Shown: one piece after another, positions 1-13,127 of the stretch
How positions within the stretch are numbered: position 1 is the stretch's first letter
Layout of the letters: each line of letters begins with the position of its first letter
DNA from: Lama guanicoe
Lineage: Eukaryota
Length of the DNA: 64,000 nt
NCBI GenBank assembly: GCA_013239625.1
Contig: MU056000.1
Coordinates: 13,529,175 to 13,593,174 of the forward strand
Reading direction: 5' to 3'
Program-made: the position numbers and the translations under genes
Notes under the pieces: model-generated
Seen by the model: the letters and a program-made list of their open reading frames with translations, nothing else
Databases searched by the model: none
Told to the model about the DNA's origin: nothing

Positions 1-350
1 GGAAAAATGATTATCTTATGTAAAACAAGAAGTTAGATTTCTACTTCACATTCTACATGGAAATCAGTGCCATTTAGATTGTGACTTAAATCTTAAAAAA
101 TCAACTTTCAAAATTTTAGTAGAAAAGAAATGCAAATTTTTTAGATTTTGATGAAGAGAAGGATTATTAAGTATAAAATAAATGACTAATTAAATTTAAC
201 TGTATTCAAATTTGAAACTTTGTTCATCAAGTCACAACTTTAAGTAAATGGAAGGAAAGTTACAATATGGGAGGATATATTCATGATACAGAAACCAACA
301 AGGAATTAGCAGGTGTGATACATAAAGAACTATAGATAAATAAAACCTAC
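1..350 (+). mobile_element. Old L1 (L1M-type) ORF2 3' fragment
   Basis: A-rich decayed sequence with L1 ORF2-like motifs (ttagatttctacttcacattctaca, tgggaggatatatt, atacataaagaact). Confidence 0.7.
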
Positions 351-410
351 AAACTGTCTTGTGGATTAGGAGATTTTCCATTCTGATCATTCCATTCTGT
401 ACCTTGGAGG

Positions 411-585
411 TAGGGTTGCCAGATTTAGAAAATAAAAATACTCAGTTAAATTTGAACTTCAGATAAATGGTTAATATGTTTTTTTGGCATAACTATCTCA
501 CAAATATTATATGGGGCATACTTACTCATAAAAAAGTCATTGATTATCTGAAATTTGAATTTAACTGGGTGTCCTATGCTTTAAC
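411..585 (+). mobile_element. MER53 hAT-type palindromic MITE
   Basis: Begins tagggttgccagatttag; internal inverted arms cagttaaatttgaacttcagataa and ttatctgaaatttgaatttaactgg match the recalled MER53 consensus. Confidence 0.85.
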
Positions 586-1551
586 CAGAAATTTTACTTT
601 TCAAATTTGTATTGAGAATAACATAGCCTACTCAAAGGGGAGTCTCCTCTCAAGGCTTAAGGAAACGGAGACATTACACAATTAACTTTACTTTATTGTT
701 AGTATATAGCTATATAAATATAGATATTATAACATAAAAAGCATGTTATTCATTATAATATATTACCATGAGTAGCTATGTGAATGGCCTTGAGAAGGTT
801 AATAATCTTTTACAGAAGTTTTAATATTCCCATTTTTTAAAACAAAATAATATATTATTATAAGAGCTCACCTGTTTCTGAAGTGTGATTTCATGAAGCT
901 CCACTGTTGCTGATTTAAATTAAATCTGAAAATGAATAGTGTACACCATGTATGATTACCAACTTGCAGTGAATAACGGTTTCATTTCATATCTCTTGGC
1001 TCCCCATTTAAGTCCTGTGCCTCCCAATTACCAGCTGCAACTATATAATGCTCATGAGGTAGCCCTTTATCATTCAAATAGTGACACATTAAAAAGGATT
1101 GTAGATTAGATCCTTGTCATATAAAATACCAAATCCAAAGAAGTAACATAAAATAAGAGCTGCATTATTTCTGTTGCTAAATTGGACTGCTCTGCATCCT
1201 AATAAAATGGGAAAGAATGACAAGTGACCTGTCAGAGAATTGAACTCATTGCACAGAGTTTGCAAATGAAGCAGAAGAATGTGAGAATGTACCTCATCAG
1301 CAAGTTAGGGACCACTTTGCTATTATCACCACGCTTCATATTTCAGCTGGAATTTTTAAATCATAAGTAGAATTAAATTCAACTGACTAGAAGTAAAATA
1401 TCCAAATGTACATTCTTCAGAACATATTCAATTTCAGTGTTTTATTTGTATTCAGGCAGATTGAAATGGAAATAACATGAGGTAAAGAATTCATTTATTT
1501 CAGTTTCAGTGGCTCAGCCATTTATCCTGAAAGTCACCTGCAGTGCCCCTC

Positions 1552-2662
1552 CTTTTCTTTTTATTGAATTATAGTTGATTTACAATGTTGTGTTAATTCC
1601 TGATGTACAGCCTAGTGATTCATCTATGCATATATATATACATATATATATACATTCTTTCTGATATTCTTTTTCATTATAGTTTATTACAAGATATTGA
1701 ATATATTTCCCTCTGCTATGCAGAAGGACCTTGTTGTTTGCATATTTTATATATAATAGTGTGTATCTGCAATTCCTCAACCCCCAATTTATCCCTCCCA
1801 ACCCCCTTTCCTCCCTGGTAGCCATTTTGTTTTCCATGTCTGTGAATCTGTTTCTGTTTTGTAAATAAGTTCATTTGTGTCATTTTTTTTAGATTCCACA
1901 TATAAGTGATATCTTATGATATTTTTCTTTCTCTTTCTGGCTTACTTCAGTTAGAATGACAATCTCCAGGTCCATCCATGTTGCTGAAAATGGCATTATT
2001 TATCCATTTTTATAACTGAGTAGTATTCCATTCTGGTATATATAAAATGGAATATATATATAAAATGGTATATATAAAATGGAATGTATATATATATATA
2101 CACCCCCCCACAACTTCTTTATCCAGTCATCTGTCCATGGACATTTAGGTTGTTTCCATATCTTAGCTATTGTATATAATATATAATGCTGCTATGGACA
2201 TTGGGGTGCACTTATCTTTTTGAACTAGAGCTTCCTCTGGATATATGTCCAGGAGTGGGATTGCTGGATTATAGGGTAAGGCTGTTTTCAGGTTTGTAAG
2301 GAATCTCCATGCTGTTTTCCTTAATGGCTGCACCAGACCACATTCCCCCCAGCAGTATAGGAGGGGTCCCTTTCTCCACACCCTCTCTAGCATTTATTGT
2401 TTGTGAACATTTTAATGATGGTCATTCTAATTGGTGTAAGGTGATACCTCATTGAACTTTTTTTTAAATTTAATTTTATTGAGTTATAGTCAGTTTACAA
2501 TGTTGTGTCAATTTCCAGTGTAGAGCACAATTTTTCAGTTATACACGAACATACATATATTCATTGTACTTTTGATTTGCATTTCTTTGATAATTAGTGA
2601 TATTGAGCATTTTTTCATGTGCCTATTGGCCATTTGCATGTCTCCATTGGATAAATGTTGGT
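1552..2662 (-). mobile_element. L1 3' end (ORF2 C-terminus plus 3'UTR), artiodactyl/camelid type, 5'-truncated
   Basis: ORF 2163-2393 translates to L1 ORF2-like LPYNPAIPLLDIYPEE..CTPM; 3'UTR motif ttattgaattatagttgatttacaatgttgtg; T-rich tail at the left end. Confidence 0.92.
2458..2565 (-). mobile_element. Younger camelid-type L1 3'-terminal fragment nested in the older L1
   Basis: ttttattgagttatagtcagtttacaatgttgtgtcaatttccagtgtagagcaca interrupts the host L1 and is flanked by cattgaactttt / cattgtactttt. Confidence 0.8.
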
Positions 2663-3869
2663 TATTCTTTTTTCCTATAGATTCTTCACAATTCTCCTCT
2701 GTTGCACAGGAAGAAATGTACTGAACTACTCCAGCTGGCTTCCAGGAGGCTGTTTTAGTTTTTGCCAAATGAGTGAGATACAGAAGTCCAAATAAGGACG
2801 GCTGTATGTGTAAGAGAACACCTCTACTTTTGTTTTTCTTTTCATCCGTGTTAAAAACAAACTCAGGAACCTTAAAGTGTCTAAATTAAATGTAAAATGA
2901 ATCTGAATCATATCCATGAATAAGGAGAATATTTTGAGTTAGGGAAGAAATAATGATTTTATTAATTTAAAACACATTTTTTTCAATGTTTAAAGTGTTG
3001 TATAAGAGGCAAGAAAATAGAAAAGGTATTAAACTGAAATATGGAACAATTTTTTCAATTTACACACAGTCCACTTGAGACAATTAAATAAAGGTCATCA
3101 CTAATTTTTAAGATGTCTAAATTATTAACCTTTCCTCTCCTGACATTGAGGATGAAGTCGTAATTAAGAGGTTATTAAAGGATAGCAGACAGATGAAATC
3201 ATAATTGTCTCATAAGCTCATGTTTCATAATGTTCTACTTATTTTATATCTTTATTTAGATTGCAAAATGTTAGTAGTTACGTGGATATATCTGTACACC
3301 TATCATTTACCCATTGTTGACATAAATCATCTTCTCATTTTATGTAGTTATACACATGCATATACAACAAAAATACATATAAAATTATAATTCTTTTGTT
3401 AGCCTTCCCTGCTTCACTCCATTACTTTGTTCTCCAGCGACAAGCATCAGGATTCTGTTTTTAAATGTGCATTTATATATGCATATTTATGAAACATATA
3501 GTAATTATACATGAATGCTTCAATTTCCATTAGTGTTATTATCTACATATTTATGTTTTCTGTAGCATTTCTCCTTATATGCTTGAGTCATACCCCTGCT
3601 AATATAGATATAAATAGATACATATATACATATATATCCATATATAAAGATGTACGTATATGTGGAAAGATACAGAGGTAAACATATATGTAAATGTATG
3701 GAAATATTTTCTTTAATTGGGGTCCAATATTATAAAATGTATTTATGATAAGCTTTCAGTATATTCATTACCCTCTTTATTTATAGTTGCATTAACTTTA
3801 ATAATTTATGTGTCAGACAAGCATCTCCTGCTCCACACATACTAGTGTACCCCCTGAGTCATTGAGAGG

Positions 3870-3960
3870 CACCATGATTCAATGATTAAGGACATGGTCT
3901 TCTGATCCCAGTCAGAAGTATTCAAGTCCTAGCTCATAAACATAGATGCACAATCCAGAG
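3870..3960 (+). mobile_element. MIR fragment
   Basis: catgattcaatgattaaggacatggtc...ttcaagtcctagctc resembles the MIR 5' part. Confidence 0.45.
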
Positions 3961-4059
3961 CAGATAAAGAAGTTAACAAATCCTACTGTTAGATCTTTCA
4001 GGAATGCAACTTTCTTCACCAGTAGGACATCCTCCAGTGAATTTTAATATGAGATAAAA

Positions 4060-4870
4060 TACTGTAATTTTCATAAATACCAAAAATAAATGATATTCAA
4101 AGTCTTTTATGATAATAATCCTTAACAAGCTTGGAATAGGATCAAATGAATCTTTAACTTGATAAATTATACTCATCAGAACCTACGTCAAACATAAATT
4201 GTAAAGGTAGAACGTTAAATGCATAGTCTTTAAATCAGGGAATGTGTCACGGCAGTCTGCTATTATCCATACAGCAATCTAATGGAAATATATGCAAGTG
4301 AGAAAATTAGAACCTAAATAAATAGAAGAATAACTGTTGGAAAGGAAGAAACTGAACTTTCTTTATTTGAAAATCATTTGATTGATTGTCTAAATGCAAA
4401 CCTAGTAAGAGGGAGATCTTAAAGTTAACAAATACATATTTAAAGATGAACGAAAATTATATTCATCCCAGGTAGATAAGATAAATACACAAGAGTCCAT
4501 TGCATTTTCATAAATCACCAACAGATAGAAAACACACAGTGCCTAGGAGTAAATTTTTCAGTCTTTTTTGTCACAAAATTGTAAAACTTTAGTAAACAAC
4601 ATGAAAGAAGACAAAAGATTAGAGAGACATTCTGTGTTCTTGGGTAGAAAAACTCAAGTCATTTTTATGAATGCTAACGACATGCAATTTCCATCTGACA
4701 ATGATAGAGGAAAAGATAATCTACCGTTGCTCAAAATCTGTTGTCATGCATCTTACTTTCAGCAGTCAGGAAAGCAAAATGATGAAGGTTTTCCAAAGTG
4801 TATGAGGTCGCAGAAGAACAAAAGTGAAGAATAGATAGACTCTGCATTGATGAAAGATGTGTACACTGAC
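4060..4870 (+). mobile_element. Old L1M ORF2 fragments
   Basis: Decayed ORF2-like motifs (ttggaaaggaagaaactgaactttctttatttg, cattctgtgttcttgggtagaaaaactcaa). Confidence 0.7.
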
Positions 4871-5589
4871 TTTCCATCTAAGAGCACAGTCAGAGTCCAT
4901 CGAATATAAAGATAATAGTTTTATCTCATTTTTCATATACTTAATAAAATTATAGATACAATTATAGATACAAATATCATCGGTTTATATTAAGAAAAAA
5001 TTTTATAGCAAGCAGGTTCATAGGTTTCTGGTTGTAAAACCATCAAATATTTAAAAATTAATGTAATGATATTGTAATGTGAAAGTGCACGACAAATTCA
5101 ATTACCTTTATATTCACTTTTATCCAAACTGTTCCATCATCATAACGTATTTCTAAACACTGTTTTTTTTTTTTTTACGTTATGATTGCAACTTAAACAT
5201 GACAACTTTAACATGGCTGAGTCACCCTGGTTTGGTTATTTTAGGTTATTCAAGTATTCTTACTCAGTCTTTACTTTTTGGTATCAGATTAATAGTGAAT
5301 CCCACCCATCACAGTAATTAATGAATGCATCCTCATTCATTGACTAACAGGATGACATTCGATTGAGCACTGGGCACATTAAAGTGGTGTTGAAATTCAT
5401 TATTTTATTTCACTTTCTGGTCTGACCAAATACACTGTTTTGTTCTTTTGTTGTTGTTGTACTTTTACAGGTTGACCTCTAAATCAAGTCAGCCAACACA
5501 TTTACTTATTTTTGTTGATATCCAAGACTATGTTTTGTGACACTGCCTCAAGCTTACTCTCCCTCCTGATATTATTACCCCAGATTCAT

Positions 5590-6155
5590 TATAAAATGGC
5601 ATTTAAAACAGACAAAAGTTAGAAATGTGTGACAAAGTTAGCATATATTGTAAATTTCAGGTTTAGAGTAATTGCCTGAAATGTAAGAAGGCTTCTTAAA
5701 AATCTATTTTATATTCACATACTGGGTGGTGCTGCATAAAGAGGTGGAATTATGATGACCATTCAGACCATTCAGGAATTTGAAGATAGTCAAAAGGAGA
5801 CCCAATAGATTAATCCAACACCAGTCAGACCAATATATCAAAAAGCTGATAATAGATGCAGAGGCAATCCAAGGGGCAGATATTAGATATTGATCACCAA
5901 CATTATGGGAGCAGTAGGATAATAAAGAAACCGTTGCACAATGGCTTTTGGAATTTTACGATACACAGCATGAAAGGGATGGAAATACTGGCCATGTGCA
6001 AATAATGCATTGTCATTGCTTACATTTCCTCTAACAACTACAACACCATCATGGGAAGAGTTTGCACAGCTGGCCATCAGACAGATAGTGACACAGAGTA
6101 CATCTATTGTTGGCTTTATTTGCATGTCTTATGTTTGTTAAGAATAAAAAAAAAA
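5590..6155 (+). mobile_element. Candidate ancient R4/Dong-clade LINE fragment (Mam_R4-like), RT C-terminus and CCHC region
   Basis: Frameshift-joined translation VLHKEVE-GIMMTIQ...ADNRCR...DIDH...LHN...AMCK follows the motif order I recall for R4-clade ORFs; ends in an A-run. Confidence 0.5.
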
Positions 6156-6395
6156 GCAAGACAATATTTCTGCCATCTCTGGCTATTTCTTCCTTTTAGT
6201 TTTCAGTCTTTTGGCTCTCTTTGACAACTCCATAGAGAGCTGGTCCTGATCTGTAACTTTCCTATAGAATCTTCAGTTTGGAAGGGATCTGGAAAGGTAA
6301 TTTGATCCAGTCTCCTACTGGATGGATGGTGTCCGTCCATCTTTGTCAAGTGTTTAGACCTTATGGATTAGCTCTTGGAGAGGAAGGATGTTAAA

Positions 6396-6419
6396 AAACA
6401 AACAAACAAACAAACAAAC
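6396..6419 (+). repeat. (AAAC)6 microsatellite
   Basis: Read directly. Confidence 0.95.
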
Positions 6420-6469
6420 AAAGCCCTTAGCAAATGCTTGGGTTTTCTATTAGTCCAACCTAGGCTCTG

Positions 6470-6590
6470 TGTATGCGCTTTATCAATCTGAGCCTTTGAA
6501 TACTAGGCAAATGGTAATTTCTAGCTTTAATTTCTTCACCTGTAAAGTGGGGCATTAGTTACCCTTTGTAGTTAGTACAGGGGCTTAAAT
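6470..6590 (+). mobile_element. MIR core fragment
   Basis: ctttaatttcttcacctgtaaagtgggg resembles the MIR core. Confidence 0.55.
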
Positions 6591-8084
6591 GGGGGGAAAA
6601 GAGGCAATTCTTTCTTTATTACTCTTAGGGTTTTTAAGGTATGGTAAAAATCTCATCCTATTAGCTTTTATTATTCATTTTATTTTTCTCGTTCAAGGAA
6701 TTATGAATGGAAAAATACACTAATTCCTCTTCAGTTCATTGAAGAGAGCTGCCAGGTGTCGTTTCAGTTAAACTCCACCCAATTACTTAAGCTGAATTTT
6801 CCATACTATGGGATAATTAACTGCTTATAAGATTATTTTGGATGGTTTATAGACATGGAGTGAAATATAACTTCGGTTAATTACAAGTATAATTTTTGTT
6901 GATGACCTAATACTGGCTTACCAATGATTTAGAATAATGTTTTCATTTCAAATTAATTTAATATACTTCACATGTGTAGGTATGGAACCAATCATCAATA
7001 TGGTACCCTTGTGACAAGTTTTGGAAGCATTGCTTATTCAATGTTATCTGCCCACTCTCTTACTCTTATCTCATACCAGAAAACAATTTTTTCATTGTAA
7101 TCAATAGCATGCAGATGCAAAAACATCTACATAATAATCTACCAAGATGTAAAAGATTTTAAAACTGTAGAGAATCACACTTAGGATCTTTCTCCTTCCC
7201 GAAGAGGATCTGTTTTCTTCCTGAAGCAGAAGAAAAATAGACCCAAAATGTTACCAGGAATCCATGGTTTTAGCAGCTAGAAGGAGAAAGAAAAAGAAAA
7301 CCTTCCAGAAATGTGAAGAAAAAATTGCAACACAGTGTCAGCCAAGGGAAGAAAAATTCAAGTCAGAGGGCGTGGCCCTTTTTAACTCATCTTTTTTTCT
7401 TGACTTAACCTCTGCAGGAAAGTGGTCTTTCTGTACTTTTTCCATCAAATGTTGTAATTCTCTTTCTGAATTGAAAATCTGACAGTAGTCTTCCCAGCAG
7501 TAGAGCAAGGTCCTAAGAATTGTTATTTTTATATGCACGTGTATACTCAATAGAGGATAACACATAGTTGTCACGACTGATCTGACTCAATATATTATTT
7601 TTGGACATGGCATTTCACTCTGCCACTAGACCTTAAAAGGAAGCGCTCTGGGTATCAGCAGACTATTCTGTCTTAACTTCAGGCTTTGCACCTTGTTTCT
7701 TCAAAGCCCACGTCCAGCTTCAAATATATATATTCTCATCCGAATACATGCAACCTTAGCATTTAATAGATGTTTTTTTCTTTAAAACTTTTTAGTTGTA
7801 CTATTTTCTCTGTATTTGTGTTGTAGAGGAAATTCTGATATGTGACTACTTTTTCCTCACTTGCATGTGATATGTTTTAGATCTTTTGGCTAACTGGATA
7901 TCTAATTTTTTAAATTACCTTTGAATTTCCGTATTTTATCATTATATGTCAGGGAAGAAGAGTATTTCTAACCAAACATTCTTGAAAGTAGCATAGTCTT
8001 CTTTTAGTATGTTTGAAGTTTTTCTTTTCTTATTAATGGACATTACTTATGCTTGTTATCCCCCATCTTTTATTCACAATTTTA

Positions 8085-8200
8085 TTTTCATTTTTAAAAA
8101 CGTTTTATCAAAGTATAGTTGATCTACAATGTTGTGTTAGTTTCTGCACAATTACATATATATTTGTACATATGTACATAAATGTATATACTTATACATG
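8085..8200 (-). mobile_element. Short L1 3'-terminal fragment
   Basis: ttttatcaaagtatagttgatctacaatgttgtgttagtttctg. Confidence 0.7.
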
Positions 8201-9907
8201 ATCATATTTTCTTTTTATCAGAATCTTTTTTATTTATATCAAGCTTTAGCTCTGTGTCTGAAGTTCATTCTTCTGTTGTATTTCTTCTGTCCTTTAAGGT
8301 TCTTAATTTTTAAGGATATCTGGAATTAATGTTCTTGATCACTAAACTTGTTTCCTGAGGCTTGCTGTCTACGATTTATGTCATTCTATTTATTATCTTT
8401 CATTTATTGTCTCATTTAACACTTTTTCTTAAGAATACATTTCCCTGGCATCCTGACTTGATATTCACTTATTTTTTTTTTAAGCTTCATGTGATTTGCT
8501 GGTGGAAGGTGAGGAATTTCACTGAGGCTATAACTCATCTTCATTACAAACTCAAGACTCTGACCTCACTTCTGATTTTGTTTTATTTGGGGATTTTTTG
8601 TTGTGTTATTTTTTTGTATGTCTGTGTGTATGTTTTTATCCCAACTTTGTGAAAAATTCCTATGGAGATATGACTTGGCTTTGAATATGTCTTAAATTTT
8701 TCCTGTATCCCTGGAAACACAAATTTCATGAAAAAGCCTGCTATTTTTTCTTTTTAAAAATTTTTTAATTTAATATTTTTTTGTTTTTTTTTCCTTCATT
8801 TCATTAAGTAATAGGAGACAGTATGTTCTTTTCAGCTTTATCCAAAATTACGCTTTCTTGTTTCAAAATGAATTTTCAGAGCAAATTTTATAGTGATACA
8901 GCTTAACTGTTTCTGAAAAGTCTTTTGGTGGATAATAAAATATTTTAAAATTTTGAATCAATCCCAACCTTAAGAAAATAAATATGCTAGACTCTAATAG
9001 AAAACCTGCATTTGTTTTTTAGATGAAGCTATTTACTCTAGGTATGCATTATTTTCTTAAGGTGTTTCATGTGTTTTCATCCTTGTGAAAGGTTGTCAGA
9101 AATATAGTTTCTTCTACCCCAATTGACAAGCTCACACTTGCTGTTATATTTGACCATCAAGTTAAATTCAGCGTGTTACTTATTCTGTCAGACATCAGCT
9201 TGCCAATCCATATTTTGTGAAATAAATTAATGTTAAGAATTGTTACAAGCTTAATTTAAATGAATTTATTTTAAAAATCCATTTTAAAATGTCTCCCGAT
9301 GTTATTCTTACTAAATGTAATTTTTCAGGTTTCCTTTTTGTCTATAATTAGAAGAAAAAATGAAATAAAATAAGGATGTTTCCAGTACCTACAGAATGAT
9401 ATATGCATATTGCTTTTGTTTCTATTCATATATGGCAGAAACTCATCTACCAGAGAGAATTGTATAAATATATTCTTTAAGTGTAATCATGACATTCTGC
9501 TTTGATTCACCAGTGGCTATTAATTGACCACAATTTGACTTCATTATTGAATAAATTACAATGTATAAATAAATTACAAGACCACAGTTATGTTTGATTA
9601 TTTTCAGTTGTCTGTTTCCAGATATTAACATTTTATGCCATCAATAATTATAAATCAGAAATGTCCCAAGTTAAGTTAGGCTTGGTGTTATTCCTTTTCC
9701 TCAGATTTCTCCAATCATCTCATTCATATCAGCCAATATATAGATGCTTAGAATGTTATCTTGGGAAAGAGGAACAATTATTGTCCTTTTGGAAATTTAG
9801 TTTTACTTGTTAGCTTATTTAATCCATGAATAAAATAAACCTAAGCTAGCTTGGCTGTATAGTAACATAATTTATTTAATAGACAATTAAATCAAAATCT
9901 CAAACCA

Positions 9908-10166
9908 CCAGGGAGGGATGTGAGTGGGAAGGGATAAATTGGAAATTCAAGATGTGCAGATACTAACTGCTAAATATAAACAGATAAACAACAAGTTTCT
10001 ACTGTATAGCACAGAGAATTATATTCAATATCTTGTAGTAACCTATTATGAAAAAGAATATGAAAAGAAATATATGTATACATATGTATGACTGAAACAT
10101 TATACTGTGCATCAGAAATTGATATTACAAACTGACTATATTTCAATAAAAAAGGAAAAAAATTAA
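9908..10166 (+). mobile_element. 5'-truncated camelid-type L1 3'UTR with poly(A) and target-site duplication
   Basis: gggataaattgg...ctactgtatagcacagagaattatattcaatatcttgtagtaacc...aataaaaaagg; flanked by aaaatctcaaacca and aaaattcaaacca. Confidence 0.88.
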
Positions 10167-10849
10167 AAAATTCAAACCATTATATGAAGAAAAGGATATT
10201 TTAAAGATATGAATCCATAGTGAAAGATGATTTTGCTGAATACCTATATATGGTAATCATCATAGAATTTGAATATTTTGACAGAAACTAACATTTCTGG
10301 TGTGTAATGCTTCTATTTGTGCTTATTGATGGTAAGTTTGAAATTTTTCCCATTTCTGATAAGTAAGGTAATATTTTATTAGACTCTTTCGCCCTTTATT
10401 GTGTTTGGGTTTTTTTGTGTAAAAGACACTAATGGAACAAGGGCTACTAATGAGCAGAAGTAGGTAGAGCCCATGGATTTTTTAAAGAATTCTGTAGATA
10501 TGTTTTAAGGATACATAAATGTCAGAAAATAAAGAACTCTAGGAATGGGGGTCTGAGAATCCTTTGCAAAGATATTGAACAAACGTCTAAGATTATTCCA
10601 AGCACTGGTCCACTATCAACAGCCACTCCAATTAATTCCCCAAGAAAGATGCATAGAGATCAAAGCCCAGTAAAGTTATACATTACTGACTATTGTGGGG
10701 CTAAAAAAATGACAGATACAAACTGATTGACTCAAAGTATAGACATAATAAATATATTACTCTTATGGTTTGTTTTATGTTTGTTAATGTTTCTACAACT
10801 CAAGTGAGAAAGATGCACTGCCAAATATTTAACATACAAGGTACGAACA

Positions 10850-12630
10850 AAAATATATTGACAAACTGAAGATAAATGTTTAAATGTTGCAGGATAAACT
10901 AAACAATGATTTTGCAGCACAACTACAGAGAAAACAAAATACTGCTGTTAGCAAGAAATGAATTTTTATACTTAAAAAGCCTTCTATATTAATGCATGAA
11001 TTTAATTTGTTCCTGATAAATACGTACCTGGGGCTGGGGAAAATGACAAACTGACTCTAAAGATCTCGTGGAAATAAAAATAAACTAAGAATAATGAGAA
11101 AAAGTAGTAATAATCATAATAAGGAGAAGAAGATGCTGACAGGCAGTAAGCCCAAAAGATATGATTTTGTATTATAAATTATATATTTAAATGTGCAATA
11201 GAAATATCTTGACTTAAAAATGACCAGAAGAACACAGAAGCTCTAAAAATGGAAGCAGATTCAGATGGAAATACATGATTTCAAATCAGTAGAGATGATT
11301 CATATACTAAATTATTTTGTAACTTAAGTAATCAAAAAAAATTTTAAAGTGAAATCTGGAACCCTTTCTCATCTCTCGCACCAAAGTAAGTTTCACTTGG
11401 ATTAATATCTAAATGAAAGCTATTGAATATTAAAACTAGAAATGATGGAAGAAACATGTGACTGTCTTTAAAAATACTTTGAGTTGAGAAGCAAGTTGTA
11501 TATAAAAAATTCTAAAAATCTTAAAAATTTAGAAGAGATACACCTGCTATATAAATGCAAATATTCTGCATGGCAAAATTCAAACTCATCACTAACAAAT
11601 TCAAAAGAAAAGTGTCAAATTAGAGGGAATACATGTGCATGATATGTATACCACAGGAAAAAAAAAAACTAGTTTCTTTAAAGTGGAAATAATACAAAAC
11701 TATAAAAATGTAACATGATAGCAAAAAGAGATAATATGAGCAATTATCAAAAAAGGTAATATCTCTTCAAACATATGAAAACTTACCAATAATCTGTTAC
11801 AAAATAAATATTTTTCACTTCTTGGTAAAGATAAAACAGATAGCACACTGTCCTGGTGAAGGTTTGGGGAAATATTTTCTCGTAAGAGTAAAATCTCTAT
11901 CAAAAGCGATTTGACAATATGCATCTATTTAAATTGACTACCCTTAATCATAACATTTCAACTGATATGAATTATCCTAGAGATATGTTCAGATATGTGA
12001 AAAATACATAAGAACACAGAAGTAATTTTTGGTGATAACATTATTTGTTAAAATGGAAAGGCAGGTTGATAGGTGGTTTTTCTAAATTCGTATTTATCTG
12101 TGCAATGAAACACAAAAGATTTTAAAAAAGAATAAGGCAACATCTTATGAAGTGATAAGAAATACTTTCAACCTTTATTGGAAAATGGATAACAAGCAAG
12201 GAACAGGAAAATGAATATCGTGTTCCGCTCTTTACACAAAAATCAAAACAAGAAAGCTCTGGTCTCTCTTCCTTTTCTTATATAGACACCAATCCCTTCA
12301 TGGGGTTCCCACTTCATCTAGACCTAAGTAGTCCCCAGAGGCCCCACCTCCAGACACCATCACAGTGGGTACAATGGCATCTACACAGGAATGTTGGGTG
12401 GACACATTCAGTTCACAACAACATATAATACACTTGAAAGACACTCAAAATACTTAAACGTCTTTGCTCCAGCCAAGGAAACTTAGTGGTTGGTAGTGGC
12501 CACGTGGGAAATGTAACTCATTATATATCCTTCCATATAATTGGAATTGTGTATAATGCGTACACCATTACTACATGAAATATTATTATTACTGCTTAAA
12601 TAATAACAGCAATAATAAAAAATGATTTTT
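10850..12630 (+). mobile_element. Old L1ME-type ORF2 and 3'UTR, interrupted by an MLT LTR
   Basis: A-rich decayed L1 motifs (atgacaaactgactctaaagat, ctctcgcaccaaagtaagtttcacttggatt, aattatcctagagatat). Confidence 0.7.
12256..12420 (-). mobile_element. MaLR LTR fragment (MLT1A-like)
   Basis: cccagaggccccacctccagacaccatcaca...ggacacattcagttcacaaca is the reverse of the MLT1A 5' end. Confidence 0.8.
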
Positions 12631-12719
12631 AAAATGACCTAAATTAAAAGCACTAGCAAAAGAAGACAAGCTTCTAGAAGTTCCTAAATAGGGTAATTTT
12701 ATAAAATATCATTCTAACG

Positions 12720-13127
12720 TCCCAGCCATCCCAGGTACAAGTGTTCCTTCTTGATCCAAACACCTGGTCCCAGCCAAATCATGTGACACAGACTTATCAT
12801 GTTCCAATGTTTCAATAGGCACCTTTTCCAGTATTCTTTCCAAAAAAGCTACAATGATCAGAGAAGGGAGGGGGCAAATGGAGAAGAGAAAGAGAGATAC
12901 AACTCAGATTCAAGGAGAAAAATCAAATGCAGAACAGTGAGTGAGCCCGCAGGGCATTGCTGTCAGCGTTTCGGCCCAGCCTCCAGTTCCTTAACAGAGC
13001 AAGAGCCTCCCTAAGTCTTTGGTCCTGAGAACCGTTCTTGTCTGATGACAAATAATCCCCTCCTTTTAAAAAAATTAGCCTCATATTTTTTAATTCCTTG
13101 CAAACACTGAATGCATCCCAACTAGTA
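12720..13127 (+). mobile_element. Old MaLR/ERVL LTR (MLT1K/L-like)
   Basis: GC-richer block ending aatcccctccttt...ccttgcaaacactgaatgcatcccaactagta, like MLT 3' ends. Confidence 0.5.

Noticed and set aside
411..585. Long hairpin as a novel ncRNA or pre-miRNA (also 30481-30670)
   Set aside because: Fully explained by the palindromic MER53 MITE
1235..1275. attgcacagagtttgcaaatga as a second MER135-like arm
   Set aside because: Too short, and no complementary arm found nearby
2163..2393. ORFs with L1 ORF2 similarity (also 56961-57260) treated as genes
   Set aside because: Truncated, mutated retrotransposon fragments, not functional CDS
2681..2809. Plus-strand exon candidate (ttcttttttcctatag ... 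gtaaga)
   Set aside because: The acceptor abuts an antisense L1 edge, there is no recognisable peptide, and nothing independent supports it
5700..6010. Endogenous bornavirus/nyamivirus nucleoprotein-like element (MMTIQTIQEF..PV..MGAVG..YW plus an A-tail)
   Set aside because: The resemblance is scattered. The same bases fit R4-clade LINE motifs (LHKEVEGIMMTIQ, DNRCR, DIDH) more specifically and in the right order. It remains only as an alternative for the translated search.
5883..6125. 80-aa minus-strand ORF with a signal-peptide-like start
   Set aside because: No recognisable family; most likely the antisense shadow of the decayed plus-strand element
7338..7574. Protein-like charged minus-strand ORF (SERELQHLMEKVQKD...)
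   Set aside because: No recognised homolog, weak splice signals, and no partner exons
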